From the NCBI GenBank assembly GCA_016748015.1, contig JAAOMT010000436.1, forward strand, positions 424,703 to 488,702: 64,000 nucleotides of DNA, read 5' to 3'. The notes beneath the pieces were generated by a model. That model made no database searches. It was not told where the DNA came from and saw only the letters and a list, made by a program, of their open reading frames with translations. Origin of the DNA: Geosiphon pyriformis uo1 (lineage: Eukaryota; Fungi; Glomeromycota). The position numbers and the translations under genes were made by a program. Positions 36,918-50,989 of the stretch are shown piece after piece (the first letter of the stretch is position 1; every line of letters starts with the position of its first letter).

Positions 36918-38440
36918 ATGGATGCCTCAATAGAGCACAAATCTCACACCAAACCTGCTGGCTCTTCTAAAAAAGTTACTGAACAGAAATCTACTGCCTT
37001 TATGAATAAACGTTCCTCCAAAAACACAAAAAAGCCTACTGCTTCAATGTCAAACTTTTTTACGTCTGGGAAAGTTAATGTTACGAAAACTTTTCATAAA
37101 ACTAAAACGGAAAATACCAAAACTACAATTAAGCAAGCATTTATCGCTGCACAGCCTAAAGCTACGATATCAATTAGCAAATGTGAATCTCATAGAGATA
37201 TAAGATCCTATTTCACTTCTGCTCTTGAAGCGAAGAATATTTCACAAGTAACCGACAGCGAACACACTAACCCTAAGCTTGGCGTTGACACTACGATTCA
37301 AACTTCTCCCTCATCATCAACTATCGACGTGAAATCTATGCTTGTTAGCCTTTCTGAAGCAACGAATGATTTATGTGTTTCTAATGAATCAGATATCAGC
37401 CCTCCTAGATATTGTACTCTTCGTATTACACCAAATCTTCTAAGCAAAAGAAAAGAGATGGAAGAAATGGGTTTTAATCTAAAAGATATGGTCAGATTAC
37501 GAGAAGAAGCTTTGAAAATTCGCGCGTCATTCAAAAGGCGTCGAATTCATGACCAGAATCTCATTACTAATTCTTCGAACGGTAAACGAAAGGCTGAAGA
37601 ATTTGATGTCTCATTTCCGGATACAAAACGGTTAAAAAATAGGTAAAAATACTGTCTTTTTGCATACCACGAGCTAGAAATGACCAATGAAGTTTTTTGT
37701 TCATTATCCTTCTTCCTTTTCCAGTACAATCTCTGATCACGCAGATCCACTCCGAATTAAAACCACCCAGATCTCAAAAATACTCGAGGTATTACCCTTA
37801 CCAAAAAAGTATGAATATTTGGTTACTTGCTTTGATGCAATGCATACGGTCCTTTGCTCTGGAAAATTTAAAGACCGTGTAACTTATCTTCAAATTCAGA
37901 AACAAGTAGAAGACATAACTAAATTGTATGTTCTTCAATCATCTGTATGAGTACATAATGTTATTTTCTTTTGATTTACAAATTTATTTATTTGTTGGTT
38001 TTTTAGGTGTTTCGACCTAAAGCATTTGGCACAAATTACATATCTATATTCCGAAGCTATCAAAGTTTATCCTTGCACAATCTTGATTGATGAGAAAGAA
38101 GTCTTTACTTACGAGATTAAATTCCTACCTACTATTAATGGGGTGGGGACTATCGACAAAGGAGAAGCGTCTTTTTCTCTCTCACAGTCTGAAGTTAGGT
38201 CTAGAGTCCGCGAACTTCATCTTCGTTTAGCCAAGATAGTGAAGCAGACGCATGAGGTATCTTTTAGATATTATATGACCCTTTTATTGATTTTTCGCTA
38301 ACTTTCATCATTTTTTTCAGCGTTTCATGATTTCAATACGATGCCTTTTACTGCTTGATGGAGAAGGACCTTTACATCCTCGTTTTAACGTTGAGTCCTG
38401 CCCCGATATTCCTCCCTTGATGTATCAGGATTTTTTTTGA
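36918..38440 (+). CDS. CDT1: Cdt1-like protein (basic N-terminus + middle winged-helix), apparently lacking the C-terminal domain
   Basis: 4 exons; LPLPKKYEYLVTCFDAMHTV..TYLQIQKQVEDITKLCFDLKHLAQITYLYSEAI and LHPRFNVESCPDIPP resemble the Cdt1 middle domain. Stop at 38438-38440. Confidence 0.7.
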
Positions 38441-40435
38441 GGCTCTTGGGCTTATGAAGAGATAAATTACTTTTATCCATAGGTTTGAGGTTTTATTAAT
38501 CTCCGGGTCGCACTTTTGTATTTTCTCGATGTTGCAAAGTATCTTGCAATCAAGTCAGATTAGTATCCAAGCCTTTTCGATTCTCAAAGACTTATATGTT
38601 TGAATTTAATTGTTGTGCTATTAAATTTATTTTAGCTTGCTTATTATTTCTTACTATCACCTTTAAACCAAGAGGTAGGTTTAGCTTAATCTCCCTTTAT
38701 AATTAAATAAGTTGAAATTGACTCTGTCGGCTTCGAAGCCTTCTTGAATCAATCAAGCCTCCCTTGTAATAAACACCTGAAATAAATTGATTTAAACCTT
38801 CTCTGATTATAACGGGTAGATTCTATAGACTCTCAACATTTTTAGCTATAAACAGTTAAAAATTTTATTACATGGAATGGAAAAGTAAAAGAACATAATA
38901 TCTTTGGCAAGATTTAGCTGTAAATAAAATCTTCATAATTTGGTTGTTTTGAATTTCGTTAAAAATGAAGACCTATATATATAAAAATTTGCTCAATTTG
39001 GTATGCATTTTAAAAAAACTGGGATTATAGAAAAAATTTTCCAAGAAAACTGGGTAAAAACGAGCATTTACATTTACAATAATTGCATACTTTAAACACT
39101 CAATAAATTCAAATATATACTTGTTTTACTTTTTTTGTTTGGCCGAGTTTATATTTTAAGTTTTCGTTTTTTGGCAATATAACTTTGTAAAAAACTATTA
39201 AAAATTAAATAAAAAAAAGGTTAAAAAACAAAATAAAATAGATAATTATTTACAAACAAGCTTTTGAATATTTTAATTTTTTGATCACAAATATTTTGAC
39301 ACCCATTAAATTTCTTTAACAGCAAGACGTAAATCAAAATCATTAATGATATCCCGATCCTTTTTCATTGATTCTGGGGCAAAAGATGGCTTAGAATACA
39401 TCACAACCAACAAGAAAATCATTAATTGATCTCCTATTCTCCTTTTCTCAAAAATTTCAAACTAAACAAGTTTTCCTTCTCCTTGTTCACATTTTATCTT
39501 GAAGTTTTTAAAATTCAACTCTATGCGATAATTTACATGTATTTTCGGTTGTTGCTATGATGAGATACTTCTCAGTTTCCTTGAAATACTTTGGGAAATG
39601 TATGCGGTATGTTGTAATGGGAAAGTAGAGAGATTGAAGCGAACTATATAGTGAATTCAGGCTTCGAAAATCAAAGTTTCACAATGCAAACAAAACTTGT
39701 TTCGCTTTGGACCCCGAATTAAAAAGCAAAGGGTTCACTTTACACTAGTCTTTACACTGCAGCTATTAAAAAATTGCCTCCTTACTTATATCCAATAAAT
39801 GCAGCGGCTCATCTCATTTCCACTTTTATATCGTTGCCCCAGTTTGTTTTCATTAGATTCTATCCAATCCCGTTTAATATTGCTTCCACTTTCTCTTTTT
39901 TTTTTTTTTTTACTAATAGTAGCTAAGGTCATTTTCCTATCCGAGTTTTTGAAGCATTGCTACCATTTTTCATCTTTTTCACCTTGCCACTTATTGAACG
40001 TTTCTGGAGGCGATTTCAGAAATCGTCAGTTCATCTACCAACACCACCAACCCCCCTACCACAGTTTAATACCGTCGGCGTGACAGAACCAACATCTCAG
40101 TTACTCCCAGAACTGGATTTACCTGAACCACTTTTGACCGGGCTGTCATCTATGACAGTTGACCCTTTTGTTGATTTGACCACAGAGATGGGTACAGTAT
40201 TCACTCTTTTTGTATTTGGGGGTACACAAATAAGGGGTGGTTTTTAACTTTAAGAAAGAACCCGCCTTTGACGAAACTGGTTTTAAGCTCTAGTGCAAAC
40301 AATCTGTATTATTCTGTTTTCGTGAAAACAAAGACATGTTTATACTTTTAAAAATATAAGAGACTGACAAACCTCTATTTATTTAATTATATCAACAATT
40401 GTATCGCGTTTGCTGTCCCTTTCAACCTGGCTCAA

Positions 40436-41380
40436 ATGATGAATATTGCGAATATGAAATTTAATTCTCAAAATCTCAAAGAAAATCCAAATAGTGTCAG
40501 TCTTTTAAAGCAACAAGTGCACAACCTGCGTCATGACCTTGCCGAAAAGAGTGCATTACTTGTCAACGTTCAAAAGCAACTTGGTCGCGGTCAAAATGGC
40601 CTAGAGGGGACTACGGGTCGTGTAATAGAGCAACTTCAAGCGGAAATCGATCAATTAAAAAAAGAGGTCACTGATTCTAAAGGGCAAATTCATGTTGTTA
40701 AGGTTGCGCGGGAGCGAGCTGAACGACAACTACAAGAACATTTGAATTCCCATGATACCTTCCGAACGGAAATTGATTCGTTGAAACGGATGCTTGAACG
40801 GAAGGAACGACAGTTGAAAGAGTTGGAGAATTCGATGAAAGATATTGACAAAAGAAACGTAGATATGAAATTTGAACGTGACAATGCCAATACCAAACTT
40901 CGTCAATCGGAATTAAAAGTTTCGTCTTTAGAAAGAAAATTAAATGACGCACTTGCATGCAAGGAACAAGCAGAGCACGAATATCTTCTATTATCAAAGG
41001 AAATGCAAAATTTCAAGAGACGTTACGCGGAAGACGTAGATACTATAAAGGAGGAATTTTCTATTGTTCGTAACGAATTGAATACTACTACACAACAATT
41101 GGAAGATGTGATTCTCATGACTGGTGTCAAAATTGAAGAGATGACATCGGGTAGAAAAAATGAACTAGAAAATTTGGAAACCACACAAGCCAAGCTAAAA
41201 GAGAATCAGGAGAAATGTGCAGCACAATTTTTGACAGATATCGAAAAGATGAAACAAGATGTCGAGGTATCAAATAAAAAGACGTTAGAAAATATTGATC
41301 AGGTGGTAAAAATGAAAGCAGAAATATCTGGGAAATTGAATTGGCTGAAACGCATTGAGAAAGCGCAGATTGCTTCTTGA
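40436..41380 (+). CDS. Coiled-coil protein, She3-like
   Basis: Heptad-rich 314 aa. TGRVIEQLQAEIDQL...EIDSLKRMLERKERQLKELE resembles the She3 N-terminal coiled coil as I recall it. An upstream exon near 40.0-40.2 kb is possible. Confidence 0.7.
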   Translation: MMNIANMKFNSQNLKENPNSVSLLKQQVHNLRHDLAEKSALLVNVQKQLGRGQNGLEGTTGRVIEQLQAEIDQLKKEVTDSKGQIHVVKVARERAERQLQEHLNSHDTFRTEIDSLKRMLERKERQLKELENSMKDIDKRNVDMKFERDNANTKLRQSELKVSSLERKLNDALACKEQAEHEYLLLSKEMQNFKRRYAEDVDTIKEEFSIVRNELNTTTQQLEDVILMTGVKIEEMTSGRKNELENLETTQAKLKENQEKCAAQFLTDIEKMKQDVEVSNKKTLENIDQVVKMKAEISGKLNWLKRIEKAQIAS

Positions 41381-42554
41381 TACCGTGACATGAAAGCGTA
41401 TTTTTATATTTCTCGATGATTTTTTGCTGTGAATTCGCCGATGCATTTTCATTCCGGACGATTGGAGTTGCCTAATGGAGACACATTTTCATCGTTGGAC
41501 ATCTGTTGGGCTATTTTTTTCCACAAAAATAAAGAATGAACTGGACATTCTTTATTCTTACTTCAAGTGCACATTATTACGACTTTAGTTTTTGGGTTTA
41601 TTTTCGCGATTGTTTTGGGGGTGATTTAAAACAGTTTTCTCTGTGGCATATTTGTATTCTTAAACTTTCATATATACATTAGTAAATATTCTCTTTATTT
41701 TAATAATATAAATTTGAATGGATCATTCCAATCCTTATATTTTTTGTATCTCGATTTGTATCTCATCCAATAATTCCCCTTATGGATTCTGCATTTCACA
41801 CATATATTTGATACATAATTCCTATTTGCCATATGGTTTCAAAAATTATACATATACCAGCAAATTTATTCCTGATTAGTCTGATACCAGGACATAAAAA
41901 TAGTTTTCTCTGTCTGAAATTGGTATATTTTTAACAAACTTAATAAATTTGGTAAAATCTTATTTAACGATAAATTTTTATTCTTAGCTTTGTTTGACAC
42001 TTTGTAAAATCATCAAAACCTACAAACCTCTAAAATATTGAAATAAATTTATATAAGCTCTTGACTGACTCAATGAAAAGTTTATTGATTTTTCGGCCAT
42101 TTAACGGGATTAAATTTTTTATGATCTGATATGCCCATTGAATCTATTTGAAATAATTTGCATGATGTACATTAAATGCGAAAATGGAAACAATGATGTT
42201 TCACAGCTTTTGTTGAATGACAAATTTATTATTTCTTCTATTAAATAAATAAAGATAGGCACTGCGTTTTAATCTCTATTAAAGCGAGATCCTTGTCATA
42301 CACACTGAATGTCACTAATGAATAAATTATTGTATAAACACACCTAAGTTCTAATAAAGGGAAAGAGAAACAAAACCTCGAACTATGAAGGTATAAAAAC
42401 AACAGCCTATAGTATAATAGACTTGGATTTTCAAAGCTTATCGATGAAAAAGAATTTCATCAGCACCATCAAGAAAATTTTCTCTATTCCCATAAAGTGG
42501 TTAAAACAAAAACTTATTCTAAATCGTTATGGAGTTTCATCAACACAATGTTCT

Positions 42555-44236
42555 TCATGCACTGATAGTGTGATCATAATCTATAGTTGGTACCACCGAT
42601 GACATGAATTTCAAAAAGACGATGAGGTACCTGAGAATAAAATTTGTTCAAAATAAAGTAATTTGGAATAAAAGGTTAAAACTCGAATGGGATACTTACT
42701 GATCAACTCTCACTTGTGCCTGCTCAGCTTGTGGTCCATTAGGAGTAAGCGCGCCTGACTGTTCAAGTTTTTGCTGTAGTATCTCAAACTTTTTAACACT
42801 CTCCTCGTTCATTTTTTCAATAATCTTTTTCATAACCGGAGCATGTCGACATGGATGAATGCTAGCTAATGACATATTCAAGTGTGGGTGAGTTTCAATT
42901 GTCACCGTCTTTTTTGCATAGTCTTGTACAATATCTTCAAATGTTTGAGTTGATGTCAAAGGACGACGATGCTAATCATATTAAAAAATCTCATAAGTAT
43001 GGAATAAAAATTTATTATGAATGAATCCAGATTCCATAAACCCCAAAAGTAGATACCTCATCATATCCATATAGCCACATACGCGGTGTTTGATAATATT
43101 TATCATAAGTGATGAAAACATCATATGTGCGCACTTGAAGAATTTTGTTACTAATAAAAGGCTTTATATATTAGAATTATGAATATATGAAGGCAGCAAT
43201 GTTTCATACCTTGGGCCATCTTCAGTGGTTGGAATTGGTAATGCTGACTATATCACGAATCAAGATTAGATAAACTCCAAGGATGTAAAAATACATTGTT
43301 TCTTTTTTAATCTTACTGGATCGTCTTCTTCCACCACTCCTTCTTCAATGTCATCAATATCAGGAATGTCATCAATATCAGGGATATTGTCGTCATCCTT
43401 TTCAATCGCAACATCGAGGACCACCTTGCTTAATTGTTTTGTAATCTCATCTTCATCGCCTTCGATTTGTTGTGCAATCTCTTCAATATTAGTTGTTACT
43501 AAAGTGAAAAATATCGTAAGGTTTAAATTAAGAATAGAAAATAATCGAAATAAAACTTAATAGTGAAGCACATACCACGGCCACTATGAGTCGCTACCCA
43601 TGCTTCTTCCCCATCTTGAGTCTCAATTTGAGTCTCAGCATCCTCATCTGTATACTCCATTTGTTTTACGCGTCTTAAACAGGGTACTTTAATTTACCAA
43701 GTATTTCAAATGTCAAAATAGTGATACAGGGTTGATCATTAATTATTGAATTACGAGAGTAACTTCTTACCATTTCGGGTGATGAGAAATTGCTTTTCAC
43801 TTGGCAGGTAGTCCCGACGTTTGGTGACTTCTCCACTTTCCCTATTTTAGATAATATTGAAAGCGACTAAGATTAGATAGTTTAATTCAAGAATTATGCC
43901 TCGAATCAAATAAATTGGTCTTCATATAAATAAAAAGATGATAAATACCAATTCCAGGTTGGACATTTGTATACTAAGAAATCTCCAGCGGCGATAAACT
44001 ATCGGTTCCAAAATAAAACGCGGATAGAGTGGTTCACAATAATAAGCGATAAAAACACTCAAAAAGGTCAGGAGTGAAAGTCCAATAAAACCACCAAAGA
44101 GACAATAGTGTAAAGGCTAAAATAGGGAACAAACCTCCTCTGGGGTGATGCATCCAGTCTCCTTGAATTTGGAATTCTTTAACACTGGGCTAAGATATTC
44201 GCGGATTCCAAAGAAAAGCGTCTGCACAGAATTCAT
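42555..44236 (-). CDS. ATG3: Autophagy E2-like conjugating enzyme Atg3
   Basis: [65 protein letters not shown], catalytic HPCRH and [19 protein letters not shown]; multi-exon. Confidence 0.96.
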
Positions 44237-44814
44237 GGCGCGTCTTTATTGTACAAAACTCTATAACGGTAGGAGAATATGTAGAAGTGTAATTAACAAG
44301 TTTCGGCAAATTAAGGCACAGGTTACGCCAAAGACAGTTTTGTTTAACGAATATATGGAGAAAGAACGTTAAACTTCTTTTTTTCCGCGATTGTTTGATT
44401 TTCCAAGATTGCACAAAAAGGGTTGCGTATTAGCCTTGCACATGATCGAGAACCTTACAAATGAAAGCCGAAACAGGCCAATAACGTATGTTCGGTTGTC
44501 TAGAATAGTGATAATTATGCATCACGCATCACTGCTTATTCGACACGTTTCACAATAATATTTTCTATTTTCTGAAAGGAAATCTCTCAGAGTAAAGTGG
44601 AAAACCGAATTTTATGATAAAAAGACGTGACTCGTGCAAAACTGTCCCACTGGAGCTGGTCACTGGTGGCAAATTACTTGAACATTAAAATTTTTCTCTT
44701 TGAATTTACAACTATATATGTAAGCTAATTGACCTCTTGACGTTCTTTGCTGCAAATACATTCGACAAAAAGAGTACGTTTGAGGTCCAATTAAGTTTTT
44801 TCTTTTGAAAAGGG

Positions 44815-46632
44815 ATGACACCTAAAATAAACAACTCTCCATTCGCGGTCTGGGCTCGCTCCATTTTTCCAAAGGCGACAAACACAAACTCACATAAACT
44901 TGATTATAATCATAATTCTTTTCTCGCGCAAGCTAGTCAACAACAACGCCTGGCTTCTAGTGTCTCTGAACAGCAACACCATAAACATTATGGTTTTTAC
45001 CAGCAAAATACCCAAGCTCCAGAAGACCATCAACGAACCAAAGAACCATGGTATCAATGCATTACGCAGCATCCCACTGCAAAGTTGGCAACTGTGGTAG
45101 CTGGAACTTCGGCGGCATTTTGGTTGAATCACAATCGAAATGAGCAGATGAAATGGAAACAACCAATTCCGAAGGAATTAAATGAAGTAACGAAACATGA
45201 TAATATTCAACCGAAGAATGGTAGCTGGCTTGAAAAAAGTCAGATGTTGGGCGACTGCGTTGCACGTTTATCATACTTCCTTGATGGGACCTGTCCGCGA
45301 AGTCAGGTCTACATGATGGGAGTCATGCCCGATAAACGGATACCTGGTAGTCATGAACCATTGACCCCGCCACTCACCCCTGATAATTCACCACTAGGAA
45401 GCAGCGCCTTCAAGCCACAAGGAAAAGACAAAAAACCTCAAAACTCTCCTCTTGAGTCAGCAATATTTGATTTTGAATCATTTATTAATCAAAATCTGGC
45501 ACGTGCTGAAAATATTATCGGATTGTATTATGCACGGCACGCCGAAGGACTACCCAAAAATCATAAGCCTCAACCCCACCATACTCCTGCTCATTTCTTT
45601 CACCTAGCCTCCGAAAAGTTTCACCCTTCAGCACAATTCAATCTAGCCTTGTGTTATCATTACGGAAAAGGAGGTGTATCTGAGATAGATCTACCGAAGG
45701 CTCTCGAGTACTACCATTTAGCGGCAGCTGATGGTCATAAAATGGCCCAGTACAATTTGGGAGTCCTGTATCAGAAAGGTGGTAAAGGTATCCCAATAGA
45801 TGTGGGTTTAGGTCTGTGTTGGTTGCAAAAGGCAGCCGAAGGTGAAAATGGATATTTGCCTGCTAGATTGGCTATTGCGCTAACTTGGCAACGTGGGGTT
45901 GATGGTATCCTTCCCAAGAATAGTGAACGAGCCAGAGAAATATTGAAATCTGTACTTGAGGAAAGTCGACAAAAAATCGAAAAGCTAAATTCTATAAAGA
46001 CATCTGAAGGCGCAAACTCCATTGATATTGGTTACTCGAACCCAATTCTAGAGTTGACTTCAATATCTTCCGCAGCATTAGCAAACTTTTATCTGGATAT
46101 TTGCCTGAATAATATTTTGTCAGGTGCGAGTCATCCATTATCCATATCGGCTCGCTATCACCTCAATTATCTATCACATTCTCATTCACCAGCTGCAGCT
46201 TACAACTTGGGGTGAGAAACCCGTTCATTCCTTTGGTAGGGGAAAGCTCTGCGAGATTTGTTTTAATCAAATTACCTTATCTCAATAATTTTCCATTCAC
46301 CATATACTAATAGGGTGTTGTATGATCGCCATTTGAATAATTTATCGTTGGCGGTAAAATGTTATAAGCTTGCAGTTCATTTGGGAGCTCTTAATAGTGC
46401 TGTCGGGCCAAATAGTCCTGTTGGCGCAGTTCCTGTAAACAATGCCGAGGAAACACAATGCGTCCAAAATGCGATGTGGAATCTTGGAGTTATTTACGCA
46501 AAAGGGAAAGGTGGCTTACAGAAAGATTTGCACGCAGCTAAGAAATGGTTTGACGGCGTTCAAGTCAAGGATTCCGAGATGCGTAAAGTGGTAAAATGGG
46601 TTGAAAAGAAACTGAAGGAAAACAAAGCGTGA
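44815..46632 (+). CDS. Sel1-repeat (SLR/HCP-like) protein
   Basis: Exons 44815-46211 and 46314-46632; repeats AQFNLALCYHYGKGG, AQYNLGVLYQKG, AAYNLGVLY and AMWNLGVIYAKG. Confidence 0.9.
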
Positions 46633-48288
46633 AAGAAGACACAATTTCGATTGCCTTATCCTCGCCAATCGTATTGCCTTTAATATTCTTGTGATTTAAC
46701 ATCATCAACTGTTTGTTTCCAATCCATCATAGCCTATTGTATTCAAATTCATTTATCACGGGAAAAGGGTCTGTTATCACCATAAATCGGAATCGTCGCT
46801 TCAGGTTTGGAGTGTGTCAATGTCTACGTTATTCCATACTTCACTCCTCCTTCCTGCATCATGACTTTTAACACAAGCTTTTAAAATATTTAAGGTAGTG
46901 ATTGTTTAAGAACTGGCATTTTATATATAACATGCTCCAAAATAATCGAAAAAATTTTGTATAAGATATAAAAAAGGAAAAAAAGAGAACAAGTAACCAC
47001 AAGAATTTATCACCACGTGGGACATTTGTCGCGTTTTTTATCACTCAACACAATAAAATCATGAGCTGGTGTCAAGTTTTGGCTAAACATTTTTATGGTC
47101 ATTTAAAGGCGGAACGATAAGTTTCCTGCAAAGGTTTGAAAGCTTTGCTGTTGTGTTTAATGATTTTATAGTTTTGTATTTCGCAGATATCGTTACTGAT
47201 AGGGTGAATTCTCAGTTATTTTTGGCCTTGTTTCATGAAAGGTATCTAGAGAAATCGACACAATTAAGATTTCAATTCGAACCGAATAAAACCATGTTTA
47301 GAGTCCCATTCGGCTTTAAAATATAAATATAAATTTTTTACGAATTCGATATCACATTCAATTACCCAATAAACAAACAACAAACGAAATCATAGCATTA
47401 TACAATACGACTTCCAACACCAGACCAAATTAACCCGATATGTAAACCACTCAAAAAAAAATTAACTCCCATCCGAAATGGTTTAGGTGAAAAATGCAGG
47501 TTTATATCAGATATGTCAGAAAAGATTGTTCTTTCGGAAAATACTACTTTACGTAAGATATCTTAACCTAGCATAATTAATAAAGGGAATATGGTAGGTA
47601 AGGTTATTAATTTCACCCACGTGTATTATACTCAGCTATCTATGCCAAGATAAAAGGGAAGTGTTTTATAGAAATAAAAATTAGCCACAATAACAAAGCC
47701 TACCCCAAATAAAAAAATAATAATAGAGGTAAAACTGCTTTGGTTAAGCATAGCTAGGTTAGACAAAAAGGTAGTAGATAACCAAACCTTCATTCCCTAA
47801 TTAAAAACGATAGATAAAACAGAATAAGAATAGTAGTCAGTTGAATAGGATATAAAGAATCCAAGATTCCAAAAAGAAATACTTTTACAAAGGGTTGGGA
47901 ATTATGGTGACCAATGATGATGGTGATGATGATGATAAGGTGAAGTTGAGAAAGATTGTGTTTTAATCATGGTGTGAAATACCGGAAAAAACAGATAACA
48001 AATTGGAAATATCAAAAAAATCCCGCTTATGTAACTCCTATTATAGCGTATAATTTTCAAAAGGCTGTTAAACCATAAATGTTCAAAGACAATCTAATTA
48101 CAAAAAATTCGAACACTCGGGCGGTATACGGGGAAGGAATATGCTAAGTTTAAAGGTTAACATTTTGCTAAGAAAATTCCAATAAACCTTGGGTAAGAGA
48201 AAGTTCTAGATTCTTCCAAAATGTATCATTAAAACCACCAAAAATGTTTTGGGGCGTTTAAAAACAGTGATGAGGAATTTGTGTCTGA

Positions 48289-49775
48289 TTATTTGAAATA
48301 CTGTGTATCCAATTTATCGGAAAAATCCATGACTAATATATTTTTATCCTGGCTTGTGCTGTAAAGAAATCAAATATATAATATCAAACATGTAAACTTA
48401 ATGACAAAAATATTAAATTTGAAATTGAGAATTCTTTCTTACCTTACTATTCTGGTAGCACTAAACTGTACGTCAAACACCCAGCTCGTATGCCCATTTT
48501 TAAAATCAAGCAATGGTTGGCCACTCCTAAGATCCCATACTTTTACCGATTGATCATAGCTGCCGGAAACAATTTTGTCTTCGTCAAAATGCAAGGTTCT
48601 AACTAGATCAGTGTGTCCATACAATGTACGTATACAGAGACCAGTTTCGGCGTCCCAGATCTTAATCGTCTGATCATTCGAGCCCGATATTACTAATTTT
48701 CCATCAAATTGTACACACGCAAGCCCACGACTATGACCAGTAAAATCACGAATACATCTCCCAGTATCAGCGTCCCAAAGTTTAATTAGGGCGTCACCAG
48801 AGGCTGAAATGATTTTACTGTCCTTTAACTGCACTGCATTGACTGGTCCTCGGTGTCCGGTCAAAAGTCGTAAACATTCACCGGTTTGAACATCCCAAAC
48901 CCTTATTGTGCTATCTTTGGAACATGAGACAATATACATATCATCAAAGCAAATGTCCAGTACTCCAGCAGTGTGACCTTCAAGCCTTTGTCTTGGAAGT
49001 AAGGAACCCATGTCCCAGATTATGATTGTCATATCACTTGAACCGGAAACCATGATCGTTTCATTAAATTGTAGACATAAAACTGAGGCATCATGCCCTG
49101 TTAAATTTTGTATACAATTGCCAGTGTTTATATCCCAGAATCTTATGGTTTTATCACGTGAGCCTGTAATAATTTTCTCGTCGTCAAACTGTATACAATA
49201 GACACTATCGGTGTGTCCTCTTAGATATTTCTTATCACATTCGCCATCACACCAGCGTTTCTCCAGCCAGTATCGATTTTTGAACATTTGTTTCCAGTCT
49301 ATATCGCTGAACATCACATTAATTGGAATCTCAACTTTCCAGCCTTGGCTTTTAATGAACATACCTCGCCAGATTTCATTATCACGTGAGATGCGATACC
49401 ATGCACGAGATACTCGAGACATTTGACATAGGGTTCGATAATCAAGAAAGAGAAGTATATATGCCGCAATCTCATACGGAAGATGGCAGAGGAAATCTAG
49501 AAGCAAAGATTAGCTAATATCAGAATGAGATTGAACAGAATCTTTTGAGCTTAAATTCGAGGGTCATCACCTATTTTCTTGGAGTACTCCTCGGAGGTAA
49601 AAAATCCTTCATCTTCGATATCAGAGCATATTGAGAATCTCTTGCTAGATGAAGGCAAAGTGGATAATTGTCGACGAGTTATTGGCCTATGTTTAGGGTC
49701 TTCTGTGATTACTGTCTTGAAAATTTTTAAGAACCTTGATTTGCCGTTTTGAAGGGCTGACCTTGGACTTCTCAT
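48289..49775 (-). CDS. F-box/WD40 protein, beta-TrCP/FWD-1/Pof11-like
   Basis: Exons ~49775-49571, ~49496-48443 and ~48359-48289. F-box LPYEIAAYILLFLD..VSRAW; WD repeats GHTDSVYCIQFD, GHDASVLCLQF, GHRGPVNAVQ, GHSRGLACVQF and GHTDLVRTLHFD. Confidence 0.9.
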
Positions 49776-50989
49776 TTTTGATTGATACAAAAGGATCGGG
49801 TATATTGGGAAAATAAAAAAAAAGGTAGCGCTATAATTGGTGATAGGGGAGAATAATGAAAATTTGCCTATGTTGTTGCGGAAAAAAGATGGTAAGATGA
49901 ATTGAGAATAAAAGACCAGGGAAATAGATAAAAAGGAAGGCGATTGTAGTTTAGGGGACCTAGTCTAAAAATGGTTTATTTTTTACAAAAAAAATTAGGA
50001 AGGAGTGGTAGCAACCAAGTTTGAAAAACTATGTTTTGTCAAAGTTAAGAAATTAGGGAAAAAAAAAGAAAAGATTTGAAATGTTGCTGATGTAGAAAAA
50101 TATTAAAAGAAAGATATGAACAGCGAGTCGCAGTATTATAGTATATAAAAGGTCTTTTGAATCAGCAGGGAATGGTGGGAGTATAAAAATTGTAGGAGGT
50201 GAAGGAGGAGGAAGAGGTAGTAAAAGTGTACAGTAGAAGTAAGCCCTATGAGCTACAATTTTTTCACTAGGTACATTCGCCCTTGCGTATTTAAAAATGT
50301 GCGTTGTATAAATTAGCGATTTTTCATCGAGGGAGGATAGATTTTCAGGTCCCTTGCCCCAAAAACCATAATCGATCCTTTGTTGAAAAAAAAGTTAAGA
50401 GCTAGGAGATTTTCGTTTTGTTGTTGCGCTGACTTTGGAAAATATTTCAATGATAGAACTGGGGATTAGATGGCGTAGTATGGTAGGGAGACAGTTGTGC
50501 TTTAATAGGAAATTGACTGCAAAACGAAAGTTTTTATAAATTTGATGTTCACCAATTATCTACATCATATAATAGAAATTCTACTGTTGACTTGGATCAA
50601 ATTTGATTGATGATCAATATTATTGATAAAAAGTGTGAGAAACCAATAAAGGGAATGATGGACACATTAAATTTATAATAGGAAATTTTAATGACTGTCA
50701 TGCAAGGTAACGTGTCTCAAGAAACTTGGATTTTTGATAACCCCAACGATTTTTTCATGCGCATGAACACTAATTAGGGATACGTTTATGGGAAAAAAAG
50801 AGAGGAATACTTTATGTATTTGACAGCTCAAAAATTATGCAAACCCAATTAATGATAGTGCCCCCATTAAAATCATCCCACATCATTAAAACGGTTAACC
50901 GATTTTAATGATTGTACGAAAAAGAGGAAATTGAATTATTGATAATAATAATAATAATAATGATGATAATCTACAGTAGGTGAAATCTT

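Noticed and set aside
45355-45390. LTPPLTP Cdc4/Fbw7-type phosphodegron in the Sel1 protein
   Set aside because: Short motif that is common in Pro-rich disordered regions; no supporting evidence in the window.
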